Part shown: one piece after another, positions 56,357 to 64,000 of the stretch
How the letters are laid out: each line of letters starts with the position of its first letter
Position numbering within the stretch: the stretch's first letter is position 1
Source of the DNA: Capsulimonadaceae bacterium
GTDB taxonomy: Bacteria; Armatimonadota; Armatimonadia; Armatimonadales; Capsulimonadaceae
DNA: 64,000 nucleotides
NCBI GenBank assembly: GCA_965215505.1
Contig: OZ244065.1
Span: 2,304,001 to 2,368,000, forward strand
Direction of reading: 5' to 3'
The notes under the pieces: model-generated
The model's database searches: none
What the model saw: only the letters and a program-made list of their open reading frames with translations
What the model was told of the DNA's origin: nothing
Translations under genes and position numbers: made by a program

Positions 56357-57793
56357 CTAACCGTTCCGCGCCAGTGTCTTCTTGACGGCGGCGATGATGT
56401 CGGCCTCGTGCGGGGTGGCGGCAAGCTCCAGGGCGCGAGAGTACGGCATCGGGGTGAACGAGCCGGCGACCCGCTCGACCGGGGCGTCGAGGTAGTCAAA
56501 CGCCTCGGTGCTGATCTGGGCGGCGAACTCGGCGGCGACGCCATAGAAGAGCCACTGCTCCTGCACGACGACCGCACGGTGCGTCTTCTTGACGCTCTTG
56601 ATCACCGTCTCGATGTCCAGCGGCTGGAGCGAGCGCAGGTCCACGACCTCGGCGCTGATGCCCTCCTCCGCGAGCTGCTCGGCGGCGGCGAGGGCCAGCA
56701 TGGTGCCGCGCGAGTAGGAAATGATCGAAACGTCGGTGCCTTCACGTTTGACGTCGGCCAGGCCGATGGGAACGATGAACTCCGGGTCGGTCGGCACGTC
56801 GCCCTTGGTGCGGTACAGGCCGGCGTGTTCGGTGAAGACGACCGGGTTGTTGTCCCGGACGGCCGCTTTGAGCAGGCCTTTGGCGTCGGCGGGCGTCGCG
56901 GGCACGACCACTTTCAGGCCGGGCGTGTTGGCATACCAGTGGGCGAGGTCCTGGGAGTGCTGGGCGGAGAGCTGGACGCCCACCCCGCCCGGCCCGCGCA
57001 AGACGCAGGGGACGCTGTACTGGCCGCCACTCATATAGAGAATTTTGGCGGCGTGGTTGATAATGCCGTCCCAGGCGACCAGGGCAAAGTTCAGGGTCAT
57101 GAACTCGATGATGGGCCGCAGGCCCATCATGGCCGAGCCGACCGTCATGCCTACCATGCCCGCCTCGGAAATCGGGGTGTCCACGATGCGCTCGGGGCCG
57201 TACTTCTGCAAGAAGTCCTTGGTGATCTTGAACGTCCCCTGGTACTGGCCGATCTCCTCGCCGAGCATAAAGACCTTCTCGTCCCGGTCCAGTTCTTCCT
57301 GGAGGGCCAGCCGGATGGCGTCGGCGTAGGTCATGTTCTCGGTCTGGCCGGTCGGCTCGTGGCTGTGGACGGACGGGGAAATGTCCTGGATGTCCTTGTC
57401 GTCGCTGTTGTCCACCCGGAACTGCGTGCCCTCACCGCCGTGGACCGATTGTGGGTCTTTGGTGGGGTCCGCCTCCGGCTTCGAGCCGTTCGTGCCGTTG
57501 CCGGCGGCCTTGGCCGCCGTCCCGTTGCCGTTCGCGGCCGAGCCGTTTGCGGCGGCCTTGACGCTGTCGCCGATGACGGCGATGACCTTGCCGACGGCGA
57601 CGACCGCGCCGGGCTGGGCCTGGATGTGCAGCACGCCCGCGTCTTCGGCCTCGATCTCCACGTTGCTCTTGTCCGTCTCGATCTCGGCGATCACGTCGCC
57701 CGCCGCAACCGTCTCGCCGTCCTGCTTGTGCCAGGAGACCAGCGTTCCTTCTTCCATCGCGTCGCCCATCTTGGGCATGATCACTTCTGCCAT
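56357..57793 (-). CDS. pdhB: Pyruvate dehydrogenase E1 beta with N-terminal lipoyl domain
   Basis: ETDK lipoyl domain, DTPISE, AQHSQ, DLRSLQPLD, LDAPVERV. Confidence 0.95.
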   Translation of the reverse strand: MAEVIMPKMGDAMEEGTLVSWHKQDGETVAAGDVIAEIETDKSNVEIEAEDAGVLHIQAQPGAVVAVGKVIAVIGDSVKAAANGSAANGNGTAAKAAGNGTNGSKPEADPTKDPQSVHGGEGTQFRVDNSDDKDIQDISPSVHSHEPTGQTENMTYADAIRLALQEELDRDEKVFMLGEEIGQYQGTFKITKDFLQKYGPERIVDTPISEAGMVGMTVGSAMMGLRPIIEFMTLNFALVAWDGIINHAAKILYMSGGQYSVPCVLRGPGGVGVQLSAQHSQDLAHWYANTPGLKVVVPATPADAKGLLKAAVRDNNPVVFTEHAGLYRTKGDVPTDPEFIVPIGLADVKREGTDVSIISYSRGTMLALAAAEQLAEEGISAEVVDLRSLQPLDIETVIKSVKKTHRAVVVQEQWLFYGVAAEFAAQISTEAFDYLDAPVERVAGSFTPMPYSRALELAATPHEADIIAAVKKTLARNG

Positions 57794-57852
57794 GTTTTCC
57801 TTCTGTTTCAGACGAAAGGGCGGGGATTTCCCGCCCTGTTCTGCCCTACTTG

Positions 57853-58998
57853 TCAATCGGCGTAAACGTCCTGCGTGAGTTCCTCGATGGAGCAGACGGG
57901 GCTGGTCTCGGCGAAGTCGGCGGCCTGGCGGGCCATGTCAATGGCCTGCTTGTCCATGGTGTCCTTCTTGGCGTCGTCCAGGATGCCGCGCTCGCGCAGC
58001 GTCTTCTCCAAGATCAGCAGGGGGTCGCGGCCCTTCCACTGCTCCGTCTCGGCGGGGTCCCGGTACGTCCCCTGCGTCTCGGCCCCGTCGGCGGCACCGT
58101 GGCCGACGTAGCGGTAGGTGATCGCTTCGAGGAAGTAGGGGGCGGGGTGCTGCCGCATGTTGTCGATGATCTCCTGGGCGGCGGCGCGGACGGCGAAATA
58201 GTCCTGCCCATCCACCTTGGAGTTTGCCATCGCATAGGAATCGGCGCGGGAGGCGAGGTCGGTGTTGGCCGAGGAGCGGTCCACCGATGTGCCCATGGCG
58301 TACTTGTTGTTTTCCAGGACGTACAGGATCGGCAGCTCGTAAAGCTGGGCCATGTTCATGGCCTCGTGGAAGCCGCCCGCGTTCATGGAGCCGTCGCCGA
58401 GGAAGCAGACGCAGATGTTGCCTTTGCCCTTAAACTCGGGCGCGTGCTTCAGCGCCCAGCCGATGCCGACGGCCAGGGGGACGTTGCCGCCGACGATGCC
58501 GTAGCCGCCCGCGAAGCCGTGTTCCTTGTCGAACAGGTGCATCGAGCCGCCCTTGCCGCGCGAGATGCCCGTGCCCTTGCCGTAGATCTCCGCCATCAGC
58601 TTGTTCGGGTCGCTGCCCAGGATCATGCAGTGGGCGTGGTCCCGGTACGACGACAGGGCCTGATCGCCCGGCTGGTAGGAGCTGAGGACGCCCAGCGAAA
58701 CCGCCTCCTGGCCGATGTAGAGGTGCAGGTAGCCGCCGACCTTACCGGCGCGGAAGCCGCGCTCGCATTGCTGCTCGAAGTGGCGGATGTCCAGCATCTG
58801 CTGGTAGGTGTGCAGGAGGTCCGCGTCGCTGAGTTTGAGCGACTTGATGACGGCGTCCGCCGAGGTCGGCTCCAGGCCGACGCTGTGCGCGTCATAGCGG
58901 GGAGCGCGCAGTTTCGCGCCCTTGCTGCCGTTCTTTTCGCTGTTCTTGTCACTGCCTTTATGGGTCTTGTGCGGAGGCGCGGCGGGGCTTGCTGCCAT
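57853..58998 (-). CDS. pdhA: Pyruvate dehydrogenase E1 alpha
   Basis: HLYIGQEA, YRDH, GKGGSMH, GDG...NN, TYRYVGH. Confidence 0.95.
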   Translation of the reverse strand: MAASPAAPPHKTHKGSDKNSEKNGSKGAKLRAPRYDAHSVGLEPTSADAVIKSLKLSDADLLHTYQQMLDIRHFEQQCERGFRAGKVGGYLHLYIGQEAVSLGVLSSYQPGDQALSSYRDHAHCMILGSDPNKLMAEIYGKGTGISRGKGGSMHLFDKEHGFAGGYGIVGGNVPLAVGIGWALKHAPEFKGKGNICVCFLGDGSMNAGGFHEAMNMAQLYELPILYVLENNKYAMGTSVDRSSANTDLASRADSYAMANSKVDGQDYFAVRAAAQEIIDNMRQHPAPYFLEAITYRYVGHGAADGAETQGTYRDPAETEQWKGRDPLLILEKTLRERGILDDAKKDTMDKQAIDMARQAADFAETSPVCSIEELTQDVYAD

Positions 58999-59134
58999 GG
59001 GGGTTAAACCTCTTATGTCTAGAATAAACGTCGCGTTAGGTCGGTGCGTTACATCAATGCATTACATCAGTTGGGAGTTCGGGAAGCGGGTCCCAATCAA
59101 GCTTGGGGCCGGTTGTCGTTCGGAAAGCCCCTGT

Positions 59135-59164
59135 ATTATAGCGTCATCGGGCGGGCGGTGTCAA
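59135..59164 (-). promoter_or_regulatory. Consensus sigma70 promoter of pdhABC
   Basis: TTGACA-N18-TATAAT on the minus strand. Confidence 0.75.
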
Positions 59165-59205
59165 GGAACGGGACTACCGGCTTTGGTGAGCATACCCAAA
59201 AACGG

Positions 59206-59568
59206 CTACAGCGGCTCAATGGAGACCTCGCCGCCGTCCGTCATCTCGGCTTGCAGGAGTGAACCGGCGAGCAGGTTGACCCCGAGCAGTGGTGTCCCTT
59301 CCAGCAGCAGGACGTCCGTTTGCCGGAGGTCATCATCCCAGTCCATGTCTACGCGGTAGAGCGGGCACCTGCCGCGCGACCCGTCCGCCAGCATGATCTC
59401 CTGGTCAATGGAAAAGGAGGCATCGAGTTGTTGCAGGATGAACCCCGGCAGCGCGAGTTCCCCGTCAAACCCGGTGTCCACCAGGAACTCGACGGGGACC
59501 GGTCCCGCCTGGCCGGGGAGCGTCAGGATAACGCGGATAAAATTGTCCCGAACATGGCCGATGGTCAT
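59206..59568 (-). CDS. Clan AA (retropepsin-like) aspartic protease
   Basis: FLVDTGFDGEL, LADGS, PLLG. Confidence 0.88.
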   Translation of the reverse strand: MTIGHVRDNFIRVILTLPGQAGPVPVEFLVDTGFDGELALPGFILQQLDASFSIDQEIMLADGSRGRCPLYRVDMDWDDDLRQTDVLLLEGTPLLGVNLLAGSLLQAEMTDGGEVSIEPL

Positions 59569-59858
59569 TTGGCACGCCCCGCCATCATCTCGCCCATCAG
59601 GAGGCGCGTGGCAAGGCCGTACTCGACCTCGTCGCCGATCCGGCGGCCATAGAGCCGGCCATCCAGTGGACGGCGCTTCAGCATCTCGCGATGAGCGGCG
59701 TTGAACGTCTTGCCGATGACGTGTTCGCCCGTGTCCACATGGATTACGACGTACTGGTTGTTGAACTCCGGTTCCAGCAGAGGCCTTTTGGCCTCGTAAA
59801 CCGCTTGCCCGCGCGTAGACAGTTCTGCCATGTCTTCTTCCGTGGGTATGACCGCCAT
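59565..59858 (-). CDS. Small hypothetical protein (DUF5678-like) coupled to the aspartic protease
   Basis: LEPEFNNQYVVIHVDTGEH...RIG; GGAGG RBS; ATGA overlap. Confidence 0.7.
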   Translation of the reverse strand: MAVIPTEEDMAELSTRGQAVYEAKRPLLEPEFNNQYVVIHVDTGEHVIGKTFNAAHREMLKRRPLDGRLYGRRIGDEVEYGLATRLLMGEMMAGRAK

Positions 59859-59955
59859 AGTGGTGCCTCCTGGGTGCATTCTCGCCACGAAGATTATACC
59901 GAAATCCCGCGCCGATTTGGCCTCCCCGCCCCTCCGGTGCGGGCCGAGAATCCGC

Positions 59956-59984
59956 TTGACAGAACCGGCCCGTTCGTTTATAAT
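59956..59984 (+). promoter_or_regulatory. Perfect consensus sigma70 promoter
   Basis: TTGACA-N17-TATAAT. Confidence 0.85.
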
Positions 59985-60034
59985 GGGCCACATCTTCAAC
60001 GGGCCTTAGAAGCATAGACACACGGAATAATGCC

Positions 60035-60634
60035 ATGAACCTTATCACTAGGCTTGCCCAACGCTGGCGGGCGCTCCAGCAGGAAAGCGCGGTCCGCGCC
60101 GCCTACGAGGACGGCCGCCTGGAGGACGCGATCTCGCACGCGCGCGCCCTCTACGAGTTCGACCTGGACAACCCCTGGGCGAACTTCTTCCTGGCCTGCC
60201 ACCACCTCGAAGCCGAGCGCTACGCCGAGGCCCTGAGCCACCTGGAGCGCGTCCGGGAGGACTGGCCCGACGACGCCTACACGCATTTCGCCGTCGGCCT
60301 GTGCCACGACTATCTGGAAGACCCGCGCGCCGCCGTCGCCTCCTACCGGCGCGTCCTGGAACTGGCCCCGGAGTGGGCCAAGGCCCGCAAGAACCTGGGC
60401 CGCGACCTGTACCTGATCGGCGACTATGCCGCCGCCGAGGCCCTCCTGCGGGTCTACTGCGGCGAGGCCCCTGAAGACCGCGAGGCCCACGACCTGCTCG
60501 GCTATGTCTGCTACCGCCGGGGCAAATTCACCGACTCGTTCGGCCACTACGAAAGCGCGCGGCGGCTGGACCCCTTCAACTCCAAGATGGAGCGCAACGC
60601 CCGGCTTCTGTACATGAAGAGCGCGCGGTCGTAA
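60035..60634 (+). CDS. Tetratricopeptide repeat protein
   Basis: Several TPRs (AVASYRRVLELAP, AHDLLGY...ARRLDP). Confidence 0.9.
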   Translation: MNLITRLAQRWRALQQESAVRAAYEDGRLEDAISHARALYEFDLDNPWANFFLACHHLEAERYAEALSHLERVREDWPDDAYTHFAVGLCHDYLEDPRAAVASYRRVLELAPEWAKARKNLGRDLYLIGDYAAAEALLRVYCGEAPEDREAHDLLGYVCYRRGKFTDSFGHYESARRLDPFNSKMERNARLLYMKSARS

Positions 60635-60640
60635 GGCCGC

Positions 60641-61621
60641 ATGAAAATCCCTGACCGCTATCGTGGCCTCTCCATCGCGGATTATCCGCTGAACCTTGGC
60701 GATCTGGAAAAGCTGGAAGCATGGCCGCAGGCCGACATATATCCGCTGCCGGGCTTTATCCAGGGGATTACGCTTTTCGAGATCGGCAACGGGGACATGA
60801 CCGGCTTCTATTGGCCAATCGGTAGGGAGATTAATGAGCCGCTTCTTTGCGACACCTACCATGATGCGTGGTCATTAGGGCCGCAAGCCTCTAGCCTAGA
60901 AGGTTTAGTCAAGCTCAAAGTCGCCGAAGGCTACTGCGAACCTGGCGATGATGACTATCAAGCGGTTCTGGAACTTGCGGAGCAACTTGGCTTTCACTTA
61001 CCCTCCCCCAGCGAAGATGCCCAGCTCCCACCAGACTTGTGGCTGTCTCTTGATGCAAACTCCCCTGCTGCGTTGAAGTCTGCCGCCGCACAGGCCATGA
61101 AAGCGGGAGAACTGGAAGTGGCGGCAGCCCATCTGGAACATGCTCTACAGGCGTTGCCTGAGTATACCGAAGCCCTTTTCATGCTTGGCAACCTGTATCG
61201 CCGACAGAAAAGACTGCTCGAAGCAGCGCAGAAGATGGTTGAGGTGTTAAGCGCTCCGCTCTGCTTCGGCGGGGACCGTGAGAAAGCCTTACAGTCGGTA
61301 AAAAGGCTGCGTGACGAGGACTATCCCGAACTCCGCAGCGACCCGCTGTGGTCACAGCGCCAGCAACTTACCTTTGCGACCGGCGTCAAGCGCAACGACG
61401 ATTTCAACATTTATGAGGAAGCCGTGGCCGAGTATCTGCGTCAGGGGAAGGGCGTTCTGGCCGTGCGGCTCCGCGTCCTGGTCGGTGAGATGATGTGGCG
61501 CGAGACCACCTCGTTCCGGGAGCGCTACGGCTACGGCCTAGAGAAGCATCGACAGCTTCTCAGGAGCGAGATCGAGCAAGCGGGGCTGACAGACCGGCTC
61601 ATCGCTGTGGCGAAGTCATAG
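60641..61621 (+). CDS. Hypothetical protein: SMI1/KNR4(SUKH)-like N-terminus + TPR
   Basis: GNGDMTGFYW...ASSLEGL; TPR ALQALPEYTEALFMLGNLY; lower GC. Confidence 0.6.
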   Translation: MKIPDRYRGLSIADYPLNLGDLEKLEAWPQADIYPLPGFIQGITLFEIGNGDMTGFYWPIGREINEPLLCDTYHDAWSLGPQASSLEGLVKLKVAEGYCEPGDDDYQAVLELAEQLGFHLPSPSEDAQLPPDLWLSLDANSPAALKSAAAQAMKAGELEVAAAHLEHALQALPEYTEALFMLGNLYRRQKRLLEAAQKMVEVLSAPLCFGGDREKALQSVKRLRDEDYPELRSDPLWSQRQQLTFATGVKRNDDFNIYEEAVAEYLRQGKGVLAVRLRVLVGEMMWRETTSFRERYGYGLEKHRQLLRSEIEQAGLTDRLIAVAKS

Positions 61622-61636
61622 TCAAAAGATTATTCC

Positions 61637-64000
61637 TCAGCGGCGAGCGAGGCGGGCGGCATAGGTGGGGCCGGGGTAGGCGACAGTATGGCCCTTGACG
61701 GCGTGCCAGAGCAGGCGGTTGAGCGTGTCCGGGTCGCAGCGGTCGTAGTGCGAAAAGTCCAGGCGGGCGGAGGCGACGGCACCCGCCCCGCGCTTGGGGT
61801 TTACGGCCATCAGGTCCGTGCGTTGGGCTAGGACAGTGTAGGGCGCGAGATTGGGCACATCCGTGAAACTCGCGAACAGAGGAGTCGCCCCGGCGTCGTA
61901 CTGGGTCATCGGCGGCAGGCCGAGCAGAAGCTCCATCGTGCGGACGAACGAGGCCGTGGTATAGAAGGTGTGGTCGAGCGCGCGGCGCTTGGTGTAGGGA
62001 CTGACGACCAGGCCGACCGTGCGGTGGGCGTCTATGTGGTCCGGCCCGGCCTGGGCGTCGTCCTCGATGACGAAGATCGCGGTCGTAGGCCAGAACTTGG
62101 AGTGGCTCACGGCGTCCACGATCCGGCCCAGGCCCAGGTCGTTCGAGGCGACGGCCGCCCAGGGCGTCGGGCGGTTCGGGGTCAGGCCGACCGTGTGATC
62201 TTCGCCCAGGGACATGACCATGTAGTTCGGCCACTGCCCCGTCTTTTCCCCCGCGCGCAGCTCGTCAAGGAAGGCGTCCACATGCTGGAAGTCCCGGCCC
62301 TTGCCCTGCCGGCTCGCCAGTTCCCAGGCGAGGCTGACGTGGCCTTTCAGGGCGGGCTGGGTGGACGTGGCGACGGGAGCGGTGTCCTTGTTGGACACGA
62401 AATTCGAAAACTCGCCGTAGGTGCGGTAGGTCAGGCCGTGGCGCGCACAATTGTCCCACAGGTAGCCGCCCGTCGAGGCGGAAACGGCGTCGTCGCCGGG
62501 CGCATCCCCGCGCGACGGGCTGGCGTAATTGCCGGGGTAGACCTTCTCGGTCCAGTCCGTGCAGAAGGCCGCATTGCACCACTGGTGGCCATCCTCGGAG
62601 ACTTCCCCGTTGCAGTACAAGTTGTCCAGCGTCACGAAGGCCCGCGCCAGCGCGTGGTGATTGGGCGTGACCGTCTTGCCGAACAGCGTCAGGCTGGGGT
62701 CGCCGTCGCCGATGCCGAGGTCGCCGAAGACCTGATCGTAAGTGCGGTTCTCCTTGATGATGTACAGGACGTGCTTGATCGGCGACTTTTGGCCCACGAC
62801 GGACGGGAGGACCGAGTGCGCGGGCCGCTCCGCCGTCCGGGTCAGCAGGGCATCGCGGTAGGGGCAGCCCGCGAGGACCTGGGCCGTGTAGCGCGCGAGC
62901 TGCGCCCGGTCCGGCATGTCAATGACCGAGACGCTGCCGCTCAGGAGCGAGGAGATGTAGTCGAAGGTCACGCCCTTGTCGTGGCGCGGGCCGTAGGACT
63001 GGCCGGGCTTGTTGTAGATGTCCAGGATCATGCCGCCGCCCCGCTTGGGGTAGCTCGGCCCGGTGCCCAGGCCCTTCCCCACCCCGACGAACAGCTTTCT
63101 GCCGTCCGGCGAGACGGCGACGGCGTCGGGATACCAGCCGGTCGGGATGAACCCCAGCACGCGGCTCTCGTCGGGATCCGAAACGTCTATGACTGCCACG
63201 TCGTTGTTGTCGGCGTTGGTGACGAACAGCGTTTTGCCATCCGGCGACAGAGCCAGCGCGTTGGGCGTGCTGCCGGTCGGGGACTGCGGGAAGAGGGAAG
63301 TGCGGACCGTCTGCCGGACGGCGTGCGTCGCCGTGTCAACGACGCTGACGGTGTTGCTCCCGGAGTTGGCGACGTACACGCGCCCGCCGTCGGGGCTGAG
63401 AAGCAGGGCGACGGGCTGCTTGCCTACGGGGACGGTGGCGACGGGGGAGAGCGTCCCAGCCCGGAAGACGGACACGGCCCCGCCGCCCTGGTCCGTCACC
63501 CACACCTCATGGCCGTCCGGCGAGACGGCGACGGCATTCGGATGATCGCCGGTGGCCGCCGAGGCTCTGGCCTTCCCCGTCTCCGGGTCGAGGGCATAGA
63601 GGGTCGCGCCTGGCACGTTGAGCGCATAGAGCGTCCCGTCGGGGCCGACGGCGGGGCCGGCGACCCAGGCGTTCGCGCCCGCCGCCGAGTCGCGGCTGTA
63701 GGGGGCGGGGCGGCCTTTGAGGTCCGCAACCGCCAGCGGCTCCTGCCGGATCAGGTCGCCGCCGCTTTTGACGTACCCGAAGCGCCAGAGCAGCCCGCGC
63801 CCCCCGCCTGAAACGTACAGAGTGTCGCCCGCCGGCCCGAACGCCATGCCCTCCCACGACTGGTCCAGGGTTTGGGTCACCTGCACCTGCTCGTTGTCGG
63901 TGTTGAGGGAGACGACCTGGCAGGGCCGGAACCCGCCCGTGCTGACCAGCAGGCGGCGGCCGTCGGGCGAAAGGCACATCGCCAGCGGCATGTCGCCGAC
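61637..64000 (-). CDS. Partial (5'-truncated) YVTN/YncE beta-propeller + phosphoesterase (alkaline-phosphatase superfamily) protein
   Basis: SPDG..VYVANSGSNTVSVVD repeats; IKHVLYIIKENRTYDQVFGD, TPNHH, EDDAQAGPDH. Confidence 0.9.
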   Translation of the reverse strand, partial: VGDMPLAMCLSPDGRRLLVSTGGFRPCQVVSLNTDNEQVQVTQTLDQSWEGMAFGPAGDTLYVSGGGRGLLWRFGYVKSGGDLIRQEPLAVADLKGRPAPYSRDSAAGANAWVAGPAVGPDGTLYALNVPGATLYALDPETGKARASAATGDHPNAVAVSPDGHEVWVTDQGGGAVSVFRAGTLSPVATVPVGKQPVALLLSPDGGRVYVANSGSNTVSVVDTATHAVRQTVRTSLFPQSPTGSTPNALALSPDGKTLFVTNADNNDVAVIDVSDPDESRVLGFIPTGWYPDAVAVSPDGRKLFVGVGKGLGTGPSYPKRGGGMILDIYNKPGQSYGPRHDKGVTFDYISSLLSGSVSVIDMPDRAQLARYTAQVLAGCPYRDALLTRTAERPAHSVLPSVVGQKSPIKHVLYIIKENRTYDQVFGDLGIGDGDPSLTLFGKTVTPNHHALARAFVTLDNLYCNGEVSEDGHQWCNAAFCTDWTEKVYPGNYASPSRGDAPGDDAVSASTGGYLWDNCARHGLTYRTYGEFSNFVSNKDTAPVATSTQPALKGHVSLAWELASRQGKGRDFQHVDAFLDELRAGEKTGQWPNYMVMSLGEDHTVGLTPNRPTPWAAVASNDLGLGRIVDAVSHSKFWPTTAIFVIEDDAQAGPDHIDAHRTVGLVVSPYTKRRALDHTFYTTASFVRTMELLLGLPPMTQYDAGATPLFASFTDVPNLAPYTVLAQRTDLMAVNPKRGAGAVASARLDFSHYDRCDPDTLNRLLWHAVKGHTVAYPGPTYAARLARR

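Overview
GC-rich bacterial chromosome segment, gene-dense (about 55 CDS). No rRNA, tRNA, CRISPR array or transposase was seen. The gene mix (diderm-type Lpt-like genes, flagella, FHA protein, GH42-like motifs) tentatively suggests an Armatimonadota-like organism; this is inference only. Housekeeping content: gmk-coaBC, nnr, sucAB, argS, fliC-fliD-fliS, mscS, thiL-tsaE-tsaB and pdhABC. The most striking uncharacterised locus is a six-gene minus-strand operon (755-10637). It encodes a ~1600-aa fusion of a PA/M28-peptidase-like ectodomain with non-canonical metal ligands to an FtsX/MacB permease, an OPT-family transporter, an unknown protein, a PqqD/RRE-like protein, a small FtsX permease and a LolD/MacB-type ATPase. 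It is a candidate peptide-handling system. Other highlights are a lower-GC island after argS (trypsin-PDZ protease, CBS-like+HEPN protein, orphan antitoxins, Phd-VapC), a degenerate PTS Enzyme I homologue coupled to lptC/lptA-like genes and a Tat lipoprotein of GTT repeats, an ArgRS lacking both HIGH histidines, a sugar ABC permease with four GH42-like repeats, a GGA-rich flagellin leader, leaderless promoters and REP/REPIN-like elements. All domain calls are by motif recognition and need HMM or structure confirmation.
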